DNA from: Candidatus Woesearchaeota archaeon
GTDB taxonomy: Archaea > Nanobdellota > Nanobdellia > Pacearchaeales > GW2011-AR1
Assembly: GCA_964482665.1 (NCBI GenBank)
Contig: CAYZYW010000003.1
Location: 1 to 44,763, forward strand
DNA: 44,763 bases
Reading direction: 5' to 3'
The notes under the pieces are model-generated. The model ran no database searches. It worked only from the letters and a program-made list of their open reading frames with translations, and had not been told where the DNA came from. The translations under genes were made by a program, and so were the position numbers. Within the stretch, counting starts at the first letter, position 1, and every line of letters starts with the position of its first letter. Shown in pieces: positions 1-7,836 of the stretch.

Positions 1-177
1 GAGGCAAGTGCTAAAATTAATGTTGGAAAACAAAGTATGAAAGATGAAGATATTGTTGAAAATGTTTTATCTATTTATGGAGATCTTTTGAAAAAACTTC
101 CTAGGGATAAAGAGAATATTAAAAATATTCAATTAAAATTCACTATGACTAAACCAATAAGGATCGAGGTTAGATAA
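1..177 (+). CDS. rpl1: 50S ribosomal protein L1 (uL1), C-terminal fragment entering from the window edge
   Basis: Frame 1 is open from nt 1 to TAA at 175-177 (...KNIQLKFTMTKPIRIEVR*). The stop overlaps the P0 ATG (TAATG). The position upstream of P0-P1 matches the conserved archaeal L1-L10-L12 order. The call rests mainly on synteny. Confidence 0.55.
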   Translation, partial: EASAKINVGKQSMKDEDIVENVLSIYGDLLKKLPRDKENIKNIQLKFTMTKPIRIEVR

Positions 178-1064
178 TGGTAGAACAAAAAGTTGTTATG
201 GATATTCCTGAAAGAAAATTGAAAGTTGTAAAAGAATTATCAGAATTAATCAATACTAAAAAAACTTTATTGATTGCTTCTATTAAAAATTTACCAGCTG
301 CTCAATTTCAAGAGATTGGTAAAAAACTTAGAGCTAAGGCAATTGTTAAGTTCCCAAAAAAGAATTTAATGTTTAGGGCTATTGATGAATCTAAGAAAGC
401 AAATACTGAAGAATTAAAAAATCAAATTACTGAAAGTGTTGCACTTTTATTTTCAGATGAAGATTGTTATGATCTTGCATTAGAATTGATTAAGAAAAAA
501 ACTCCAGCTAAAGCTAAAGTGGGGCAAGTTGCTCCAAAAGATATTGAAGTTTTAGGAGGCCCAACTGACTTGGTTCCAGGTCCAGCTATTAGTGAATTAG
601 GAGCATTAGGAATTAAAATTCAAATTGAAAAGGGAAAGATTACAATTAAAGAATCAAAAATTATTGCAAAAGAAGGTTCAAAGATTTCTCAAGGTGCTGC
701 AGATATTATGGCCAAATTAGACATTAAACCTTTTGAGAATGGATATATTCCTATTGCAGGTTACGATCTTAAAGAAGGTAAATTATATTTGAATATTGAA
801 ATTGATTCAGAGAAAACTAAAGATGAATTGAAAACTGATTTTGGAAAAGCGTTAGGCTTTGCTGTTGAAATTGGTTATATTACAACTGAAACTATTAAGG
901 TTATGATTGGAAAAGCTAATGCTCACGAAAATAGATTAAATAGAATTATCAGTGGTGAACCTGAAGAGGTTGCTGTTGTTGAAGAAGTGAAAGAAACTCC
1001 TAAGGAAAAAAAGGAGGAAAAGAAAGCTGATGCCGGCGCTGGACTTGCGAGTCTGTTTGGCTAA
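177..1064 (+). CDS. rplP0: Ribosomal stalk protein P0 (uL10)
   Basis: 295-aa ORF of archaeal P0 length. A K/E-rich tail ends in the stalk motif GAGLASLFG, which also ends the next gene. SD-like GAGGT at 166-170. Confidence 0.9.
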   Translation: MVEQKVVMDIPERKLKVVKELSELINTKKTLLIASIKNLPAAQFQEIGKKLRAKAIVKFPKKNLMFRAIDESKKANTEELKNQITESVALLFSDEDCYDLALELIKKKTPAKAKVGQVAPKDIEVLGGPTDLVPGPAISELGALGIKIQIEKGKITIKESKIIAKEGSKISQGAADIMAKLDIKPFENGYIPIAGYDLKEGKLYLNIEIDSEKTKDELKTDFGKALGFAVEIGYITTETIKVMIGKANAHENRLNRIISGEPEEVAVVEEVKETPKEKKEEKKADAGAGLASLFG

Positions 1065-1089
1065 GCTTAATTAAATAAGGAAAAACAAA

Positions 1090-1380
1090 ATGGAATATAC
1101 ATATGCTGCACTTTTGTTGCACAAACTTGGAAAAGATATAACTGAAGACAGTTTGAAAAATGTTGTTGCTGCTGCTGGCGCTGATGTTGATGAATCAAAA
1201 ATCAAATCATTAGTTGCTAGTTTGAAAGACGTTGACATAGCTACTGAGCTAGAAAACGCTAGTGTTGTTTCTGCTGCTCCGGCTGCTTCAAGTGAAGCTC
1301 CAAAAGCTGAGAAAGCGGAAAAACCTAAGGAAGAAAAAAAAGCGGCTGCAGCTGAAGGACTTGGTGCTCTTTTTGGATAA
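1090..1380 (+). CDS. rpl12: Ribosomal stalk protein P1 (L12e)
   Basis: 96-aa Ala-rich acidic ORF (MEYTYAALLLH...) ending in EGLGALFG. It lies immediately downstream of P0. Confidence 0.9.
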   Translation: MEYTYAALLLHKLGKDITEDSLKNVVAAAGADVDESKIKSLVASLKDVDIATELENASVVSAAPAASSEAPKAEKAEKPKEEKKAAAAEGLGALFG

Positions 1381-1596
1381 TTATTAATTTAATATTAATA
1401 GTGTCTGGTTCTCTACATTAGTAGTTTGAACTTTAAAGAAAGGGATCAGTTCTTTAGATCTAGTTTGTAACGAATTATTTAATTTATAATTTTATCTAAC
1501 TATAAAACATTAATTTACAGTTTTAAGAAGAGTGGATACTGTGTCCCATAAAATGATTACAAATCTTTATAACTTGAAAAAAATTTCAATAGGGTT

Positions 1597-3525
1597 ATGG
1601 TGTGGAATCTTTATGAAAATGAAAAACTTTTGAAACCTTTGGTGTTTTCAAATGGTAAATCTCAAGAGGATGTTGTGAAAGAAGTGATTAAATCTATTGA
1701 AAACGGGAAGAAAGTTATTTTTATTCAGGGAATTTGTGGTACAGGTAAATCTGCAATTGCGTTAAATATTGCTAATGAACTTGGACGAGCTTCTATTATT
1801 GTTCCAATTAAAAATTTGCAAGAACAGTATAGAAAAGATTATGCTGAAAAAAAATATTTATTAAAACCTGATAAAACAAAATTAAAAATAAATGTTACAA
1901 CTGGAAGAAAAAATCATGAATGCCCGTTCCTGAGAGATAATAAGAATGCAATTCCTAAAATTAAATCTGAAACCAATGATAAACTCAATGATATTTTTTC
2001 AGGGAAACGGGAATCCGTAAAAAGGCTTATTGAAAATGATTTATCTGCCGACAATAGAAATCTTCCATGTAAAATCGAGATCAAAGAAAAAAATTGGAAC
2101 ATTTTAAAAGGATATTTGAAGCAAAATAAAAATATTGACTACACTAAGTTGTTAGATATTAAAGATGTTCGAAGAGCTTCTGTTGCAGGAGTTTGTCCAT
2201 ACTGGTGTCCGGTTGTGAAATCTAAATATGAATTAAAATCTTTTTCAGAAAGTAAAAAAGAAAAATATACTGGATTAAGTAATGAAAAATTTGTTTATCA
2301 TAAGGGGAGACCTGGATGTGGATTTTATCAACAGTTTGATTCTTTTATTAATTCAGATGTAATTGTTTTTAATTCTCCAAAATATAAATTAGAATCTGCA
2401 ATGAATCGTAAACCGTATACTGAAATTGAAATTGTGGATGAGTGCGATGAGTTTTTGGATAGTTTTTCAAATCAGGCAAATATAAATCTTGACAGATTGC
2501 AGATGGCTTTAATCAGATGTGTTGGTAAAGACGAAGCATCCGAAGCTGTATTACATGAAATCCGAGAAATTATTTGGTACTTGAAAAAAAATATTCAAAG
2601 CTTTATCTCATCTAAAGAAATTGTTCAATTAAAACGAACTGGACTCTATGATTTGTTTCGTATTTTTTTGAAGGATCCAGATTTTTTAGAAGGTATTGAT
2701 GAAGAGAGCTATCTGTTTGATGTTTTGAATATTTCAAAGATGTTTGAAGAGTATTTGGATGAAACATATGTTACGTTTAATAAAAATGATGATAAATTAA
2801 TGGCTAGCGTTGTGACTACCAATTTAGCCAAGAAATTTAAAGAAATGGTTGATAAAAATAAGGCTATTGTTTTAATGTCTGGAACATTGCACTCTGATAA
2901 TGTTTTAAAAAATATTTTTGGAATTGAAGACCATTGTGTTATTGATGCTGAAGTTGAAAAACAAGGAAGAATTAATGTCAAACGAACCGGGTCTGAAATT
3001 GATTGTAAATATTCAAATTTTTCTTCCAAGAAATATTCTAGAAATGATTACCTAAAAGCATTGGATAAATGTGTTGGACAATCTAACAAGCCCACACTTG
3101 TTCATGTTAATGCATTTATGGATTTACCCTCTAAAGAGGAGATGATAACACTTGGTCTTAATAATTTGATTAGCCGGGAAGAATTAAGGGAAACGCAAAA
3201 TAGGGATAAAACTGGTGAATTGATTGAACAATTCAAAAAAGGCGATACTGAAGTTTTATTTTCTACAAGAGCTTCGAGGGGAATGGATTTTCCAGGAGAC
3301 GAATGTAATTCAATTGTGTTTACAAAATACCCTAACCCAAACGTTCAAGATGCTTTTTGGAAAATTCTTATGAAAACTAAACCTCAGTTTTATTGGGATT
3401 TTTATAGAGATAAAGCTAAGCGAGAACTTTGGCAAAAAATTTATAGAGGACTTAGGCATAAGAACGACAAGGTTGATGTATTAAGTCCAGACTCAAGAGT
3501 TTTGGAAGCATTTGAGAAAGAGTAA
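1597..3525 (+). CDS. Rad3/XPD/DinG-family ATP-dependent DNA helicase (putative Fe-S helicase)
   Basis: 642 aa. Walker A GICGTGKS and a DExD-like Walker B IVDECDEF. A Cys cluster lies between them (HECPF, LPCK, VCPYWCP, GCGFY), as in an Fe-S domain. The C-terminal region has STRASRGMDFPGDECNSIVFTKYP and a YRGLRHKND motif-VI-like segment. Confidence 0.6.
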   Translation: MVWNLYENEKLLKPLVFSNGKSQEDVVKEVIKSIENGKKVIFIQGICGTGKSAIALNIANELGRASIIVPIKNLQEQYRKDYAEKKYLLKPDKTKLKINVTTGRKNHECPFLRDNKNAIPKIKSETNDKLNDIFSGKRESVKRLIENDLSADNRNLPCKIEIKEKNWNILKGYLKQNKNIDYTKLLDIKDVRRASVAGVCPYWCPVVKSKYELKSFSESKKEKYTGLSNEKFVYHKGRPGCGFYQQFDSFINSDVIVFNSPKYKLESAMNRKPYTEIEIVDECDEFLDSFSNQANINLDRLQMALIRCVGKDEASEAVLHEIREIIWYLKKNIQSFISSKEIVQLKRTGLYDLFRIFLKDPDFLEGIDEESYLFDVLNISKMFEEYLDETYVTFNKNDDKLMASVVTTNLAKKFKEMVDKNKAIVLMSGTLHSDNVLKNIFGIEDHCVIDAEVEKQGRINVKRTGSEIDCKYSNFSSKKYSRNDYLKALDKCVGQSNKPTLVHVNAFMDLPSKEEMITLGLNNLISREELRETQNRDKTGELIEQFKKGDTEVLFSTRASRGMDFPGDECNSIVFTKYPNPNVQDAFWKILMKTKPQFYWDFYRDKAKRELWQKIYRGLRHKNDKVDVLSPDSRVLEAFEKE

Positions 3526-3748
3526 GATTTAAATAATAATTGTAATTTATTAGATCAAGATGGTGAAGAAAATTTTGGTTGTTGATGATGATAGCGAGGA
3601 TTCCTCTAATATAAAAAATATCGAAATAGATTAAATGATATTGAAAAAACTCTTCCAGTTTTAGAAAGTCGATTAATAAAAAAAATTAAAAAACCTGTAT
3701 CAAAAATCGCAAAAAATAAACTAAGAAAAAAAACTAAGAAAAAATAAT

Positions 3749-4225
3749 ATGAAACTTCCAATAAAAAAAGGTTTGGGATTTGGTTTAACGTCTGGGGTTA
3801 TTACAACATTGGGTTTAATTGTGGGATTGAATTCTGGGACACATTCCAAATCGGTTATACTTAGTGGGATTTTTATTATTGCTATTGCGGATGCGCTTTC
3901 AGACTCATTGGGAATTCATATCTCAGAAGAAGCTGGAAATAAAAATATTAAGAGAAAGGAAATTTGGGAGAGTACATTTTTCACTTTTATATTTAAATTT
4001 ATATTTGCATTAAGTTTTATTATTCCTATATTAATTTTTAATCTTCAAACTGCAATTATTATTAGTATTATATGGGGACTTTCTCTTTTGGGCATGTTCA
4101 GTTTTTATATTGCAAACGGAACAAAATTTAGCCCAATTAAATCTGCTGCCGAACATTTAATTATTGCTGCGGTTGTTATTATTGCAACTAACTTTATTGG
4201 AAGCTGGGCTGCAGGATTTACTTGA
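3749..4225 (+). CDS. VIT1/CCC1-like small membrane protein (putative iron/manganese transporter family)
   Basis: 158 aa with about 4 TM segments. GLIVGL...IAIADALSDSLGIHISEE resembles the VIT-family core. It sits next to rubrerythrin/desulfoferrodoxin. Confidence 0.4.
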   Translation: MKLPIKKGLGFGLTSGVITTLGLIVGLNSGTHSKSVILSGIFIIAIADALSDSLGIHISEEAGNKNIKRKEIWESTFFTFIFKFIFALSFIIPILIFNLQTAIIISIIWGLSLLGMFSFYIANGTKFSPIKSAAEHLIIAAVVIIATNFIGSWAAGFT

Positions 4226-4371
4226 TGTTATATTTTTAAATCATCAAGTAAATGACAAAAAAGCAACTATTTATATACTGAACAATTTTTATTATTTTAG
4301 TAAAGATTCTAATATTCACAAATTGCAGTTCTTTTCTGTATCCCAATTATAAATTTATGGGAGGTAAAAAA

Positions 4372-4563
4372 ATGAAAGGAACAATAAAATTTTTCAATGA
4401 AGCTAAATCATTCGGATTTATTACGGGCGAAGACGGAATAGATGTTTTTGTGCATCAGACAGAATTGGGCGAAGGTGTAAAAGTTAAAGAAGGAGACTCG
4501 GTTACATATGATGTTGAAAAAGGAGACAAAGGTCCAAAAGCTGTTAAAGTAAAAAAAGAATAA
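4372..4563 (+). CDS. csp: Cold-shock protein (CspA-type cold-shock domain)
   Basis: GTIKFFNEAKSFGFITGEDGIDVFVHQTEL carries the RNP1/RNP2-like CSD motifs. I prefer the internal ATG at 4372 because GGAGGT (4360-4365) lies 6 nt upstream; the ORF track starts at 4357. An oligo-T run follows the stop. Confidence 0.85.
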   Translation: MKGTIKFFNEAKSFGFITGEDGIDVFVHQTELGEGVKVKEGDSVTYDVEKGDKGPKAVKVKKE

Positions 4564-4691
4564 TTTTTTTTATTTTAACTATTTTTTATTATTTATTTAT
4601 TATTTATTTAAAGAGAATGTTTGTTTTAATAATAACTCTTTTTAAAATCTCTGACTGATATGTTTAAATAGAGATTATAATTATAATTATA

Positions 4692-5216
4692 ATGACAAAA
4701 ACAGAGGAAAACTTAAAAGCTTCTTTTGCGGGTGAAAGCCAAGCTAGAAACAAGTATATGTATTTTGCTAAAGTTGCAAGAAAACAAGGTTATCATTATA
4801 TTGCTAAAATTTTTGAAGAAACAGCTATGAATGAAGTGCAACATGCGAAAGAAGAATTCAAACTTTTGAAAGGGATTGGGGATACTAAAAAAAACCTTAA
4901 AGAGGCTGTTGCTGGTGAGCATTATGAAAATACAGAAATGTATCCTCAGATGCAAAAAGATGCTGAAGAAGAAGGTAATGAAGAAGCTGCAAAATTATTT
5001 AAAGAAATTTCTGAAGTTGAAAAAGTTCATGAAGAAAGATATAGAAAACTTTTAGAAATGGTTGAAAATGATACTGTATACAAAAGAGAAATGTCAATAA
5101 AATGGAAATGTTCTAAATGTGGACATATTCACGAAGGAACAGAGCCTCCAAAAGAATGTCCGGTATGTAAGCATGAGACGGAATATTTTGAACCTGAGGA
5201 TATTTGTGTATTATAA
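4692..5216 (+). CDS. rbr: Rubrerythrin
   Basis: 174 aa. N-terminal ferritin-like four-helix region (NLKASFAGESQARNKY..., EHYE). C-terminal rubredoxin-like CSKCGH...CPVCKH. Confidence 0.9.
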   Translation: MTKTEENLKASFAGESQARNKYMYFAKVARKQGYHYIAKIFEETAMNEVQHAKEEFKLLKGIGDTKKNLKEAVAGEHYENTEMYPQMQKDAEEEGNEEAAKLFKEISEVEKVHEERYRKLLEMVENDTVYKREMSIKWKCSKCGHIHEGTEPPKECPVCKHETEYFEPEDICVL

Positions 5217-5218
5217 AA

Positions 5219-5578
5219 ATGACATCTAGAAATCAAATTTGGAAATGTCATATTTGTGGAAATGTAATTGAAATTTTACACGAAGGGGCGGATGCCTTGG
5301 TTTGTTGTGATAAAAAAATGATTTTAATTTCTCCGGAATCGGAGGGCGAATACGCCGAAAAACATTCGCCTATTATTGAAGGACATGTTGTAAAAATCGG
5401 TTCGGTTGCACACCCAATGGAAGAAGATCATTATATTGAATGGATTGAAGCAACCGATGGGAAAGAAATTTCTAAGATATTTTTAAAACCAGGACAAAAA
5501 CCAGAAGCTGAATTTTGCTTTAAACCAACATCTGCAAAAATGTATTGCAATAAACATGGTTTATGGAAAAATAAATAA
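5219..5578 (+). CDS. dfx: Desulfoferrodoxin (2Fe superoxide reductase)
   Basis: N-terminal desulforedoxin Cys motif (WKCHICGNVIEILHEG...VCCDKKM) followed by a neelaredoxin-type domain (EKHSPII, HPMEEDHYIEWI, CNKHGLW). ATG at 5219 is 2 nt after the rbr stop. Confidence 0.85.
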   Translation: MTSRNQIWKCHICGNVIEILHEGADALVCCDKKMILISPESEGEYAEKHSPIIEGHVVKIGSVAHPMEEDHYIEWIEATDGKEISKIFLKPGQKPEAEFCFKPTSAKMYCNKHGLWKNK

Positions 5579-5603
5579 AAAATTTTTATTCTTATATTTG
5601 TTT

Positions 5604-6694
5604 TCAGAAAATTAAAATAACTAATAATGGCACTAAAATAAAGGCTATTAAAATATAAAACGCCTTATTTCTTGAAATTTTTATTAATCTTTTTGATGTA
5701 AATTTTGTTATTTTATAAAGAAATTCTGTATTTGGCAAAAATATCAATGCTCCAATTATTCCAAACAACATATATGCAAATGCTGTTGCCAAAGCAAGGG
5801 GTTGATCAATTATTACAGAAGCTAAGAAAACATCTGTGAATGTTCCTAGGTCTGCTCCCAAAATAAATGGTATTGCCTTTCTTAAACTAATAACTCCTGT
5901 TACTGCAAGTGGAATTAAAAGTCCAATTGTTACACTTGATGAAAAAACTATTGCTGTCAAAAAAACTCCTAAAAAATAAACTTTAAATTTTGAATCAAAA
6001 TGTTTGTTAATAAATATTCTTGATTTATCTTCTCCTCCTAAAACATTGATCATTGATTTACCTATATATTTTAAAGTAAAAATTAAAATAGAAAAACCTA
6101 AAATCAATAAAATAAATTTATTATTATATTTGAATAGAAAATTTAGAACTGGAGAAGTTAAAAGTTCAACAAAATTTGGAAGTTTTAATAAAGATAATTT
6201 TGGACCGATTGCTGTCGCTAGAAAAAATGAAACTTTAGAAAAGAGTTTGAAAAAATATTCTAAAATAAAAACTATAACAACAAGTAATGCGCTATAAATT
6301 GCGTACGATAATGCAATTTCAAATCCGTGTCTAAAATCTTTTCGTCTTTGTGCTACAATTACTAATGAAATTATCAAAGCTGTGGCAATTGTTCCCAGAG
6401 ATGCTCCTATCATGATATAAATTGCAGTTGACAGGTCAATCAAATTACTTCCTGCGAGAATGCTGCAACAACTGAACTTACCGCACCTGATGATTGTACA
6501 ATTGACGTTGTGAACCAACCTGACGCAATTGCCTTTAAGGGTGTGGCATTTTGTAAAAGAAAATCCTTTATACTTGGTGTTAAAAATAAGGATGTTTTTT
6601 TTATTAATTCAATTGAAAATAAAAAAGTGTAGATAAAAAAAATTAACTTCAACCAACTTTGGAATATTGGTTCATGGGGGAGCGAAGGTTTCAT
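5604..6694 (-). pseudogene. Na+/Pi-cotransporter family (PF02690-like) membrane protein, split by a frame change near 6460
   Basis: Two overlapping minus-strand ORFs (6694-6440 and 6518-5604). The first ends ...TTSIVQSSGAVSSVVAA and the second continues ILAGSNLIDLSTAIYIMIGASLGT. Together they rebuild the family's QSS...G..GaniGT repeat. A second repeat unit follows (GADLGTFTD). Confidence 0.6.
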
Positions 6695-6757
6695 AGGAAA
6701 AGAAAGAGGAATGTGGTTATAAAATTATTTATTATAACGGAATGAGTTAGAAAAGAA

Positions 6758-7201
6758 TTATATTTCATGATTCACATTCTGAATAAAATAATCAATTGTT
6801 CTAGAACGAGCTTCTAATATACTTAAATCAAATAAAAGATATGTATAATCTTCCTTACTTGCACTTTCTGGGGAATTTATGAATTCCTTAGCTCTTAAAA
6901 AAATAGGCTGACAAAATTTTATACCTTCAGCCATAATAAAATAAAAAGGGTGTGATCCCGAAACCTCTGATAGTTTTTTATCAACTTGTTCAACATATAT
7001 AGAAAGTTCTTTTGTAAATTTGACTACATCTGTTCTACTTTGAGTAAATAGTTTCTTATTTTTTTCAAAAAGTGCTTCCATAATTAATTGTTGCTGCAAA
7101 TCGTATAGCCTACTGGGCTCTTCTTCAAACATATCATATTGTACCATATTGATTGCGAACAAACTTCTTATATATAATTTTCTATTCACCCCCCTGCTCA
7201 C
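6758..7201 (-). CDS. Hypothetical protein
   Basis: 147-aa ORF with no recognisable motif. An alternative start is MVQYDMFEEE. Confidence 0.4.
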   Translation of the reverse strand: MSRGVNRKLYIRSLFAINMVQYDMFEEEPSRLYDLQQQLIMEALFEKNKKLFTQSRTDVVKFTKELSIYVEQVDKKLSEVSGSHPFYFIMAEGIKFCQPIFLRAKEFINSPESASKEDYTYLLFDLSILEARSRTIDYFIQNVNHEI

Positions 7202-7320
7202 AACTCGTAAAATTTTCTTAAATTCACTTTATTTATTTATTTGAAAATTTCAGAATTGCTCGTCAAACGGAGGAATGAATCTATTTGAATTTATACGGTG
7301 AGATTCTAGGGTAAAAATAA

Positions 7321-7347
7321 ATGATATATTGCGTAGCAGTATATCAT
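7321..7347 (-). terminator. Hairpin (8-bp stem ATGATATA/TATATCAT, 11-nt loop) immediately 3' of tRNA-Ser
   Basis: Perfect inverted repeat read directly from the sequence. It starts 5 nt after the tRNA discriminator base. Function as a terminator or processing signal is inferred. Confidence 0.3.
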
Positions 7348-7351
7348 GGAA

Positions 7352-7431
7352 CGCCCCCACCCCGAATCGAACGGGGATGCCCAAAGGGCCCGGATCTCAA
7401 GTCCGGTGCAATACCATTATGCGATGGAGGC
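7352..7431 (-). tRNA. tRNA-Ser (anticodon UGA), class II
   Basis: Hand-folded cloverleaf. Acceptor GCCUCCA/UGGGGGC, 3-bp D stem with a GG loop, anticodon stem CCGGA/UCCGG with loop CU-UGA-GA. 13-nt variable arm (GCCC-UUU-GGGC), T arm CCCCG-UUCGAUU-CGGGG, discriminator G. No encoded CCA. Confidence 0.85.
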
Positions 7432-7454
7432 TTATATTTAGAAAACTGAAAAAG

Positions 7455-7464
7455 ATATTTTAAA
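7455..7464 (-). promoter_or_regulatory. Candidate TATA box for tRNA-Ser
   Basis: Minus-strand TTTAAAATAT lies 24-33 nt upstream of the tRNA 5' end, the spacing expected for archaeal promoters. AT-rich background makes this weak. Confidence 0.3.
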
Positions 7465-7525
7465 TGTTACTATAGTTCAAATAATCTGATTCCATTTGAC
7501 TAAACTGTTATTAGTCAAATTACAT

Positions 7526-7795
7526 TCAATTAAAGATTCTTTTCCACCACGGCTTTTTTATTTCAACAATATTATTATGCTGATCGTAAACCTCATACCT
7601 TATCCTTGGCTTTTCTTTTAACATTGGTGCCTTTTGTGATAATTCCTGATGTGCAACTTCAAGCGCTCTTACAACAACTGTTTTCGAATAACCCTGACTC
7701 AATAATGCGAATTTTAAAGTGTCTGACGAATATCCTTTAGATAAATTTTTTTTAAAATAACCTACAAGATTTTTTCTATTGTTTATTTCTGACAT
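7526..7795 (-). CDS. Hypothetical small protein
   Basis: 89-aa ORF with no recognisable catalytic motif. Confidence 0.4.
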   Translation of the reverse strand: MSEINNRKNLVGYFKKNLSKGYSSDTLKFALLSQGYSKTVVVRALEVAHQELSQKAPMLKEKPRIRYEVYDQHNNIVEIKKPWWKRIFN

Positions 7796-7836
7796 AAACT
7801 CATTAAGAAATACTGGTTTAAAAGATTAGTTGTGAT

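Noticed and set aside
1381-1596. The 216-bp spacer between P1 and the helicase, examined for a small RNA (a short hairpin TGGA-TACTGTG-TCCA lies near 1534-1548).
   Set aside because: There is only a 4-bp stem and no recognisable RNA family features. The evidence is insufficient.
3560-3748. Short ORF MVKKILVVDDDSEDSSNIKNIEID (3560-3634), resembling the start of a CheY-like receiver domain. A K-rich open frame follows in another frame, up to 3746.
   Set aside because: It is only 24 codons. KILVVDDD can arise by chance in AT-rich sequence, and the downstream frame is low-complexity Lys-rich. It may be a gene remnant but is not supportable as a feature.
4164-4352. A 62-aa plus-strand ORF overlapping the end of the VIT-like gene. 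Also other small nested or alternate-frame ORFs (1914-2102, 2709-3029, 4713-4955, 6004-6297, 7982-8269, 8426-8644, 9862-10065, 10174-10395, 28458-28730, 30341-30676, 32499-32744, 32747-32962, 35697-35924, 36805-37101, 40038-40331, 40497-40688, 40872-41129, 41843-42040, 42276-42521, 43684-43956, 44026-44226).
   Set aside because: All are embedded in, or antisense to, longer ORFs with clear family motifs. None shows motifs of its own. They are treated as chance ORFs.
4588-4692. An 11-bp tandem duplication (ATTATTTATTT x2, 4588-4609) and (TTATAA)3 (4675-4692) in the csp-rbr intergenic region.
   Set aside because: These are short AT-only repeats in an AT-rich spacer, most simply replication slippage. 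The TTATAA units are too close to the ATG to serve as a TATA box. TTTAAATA at ~4663-4670 is the better-placed candidate, but it is not distinctive enough to call.
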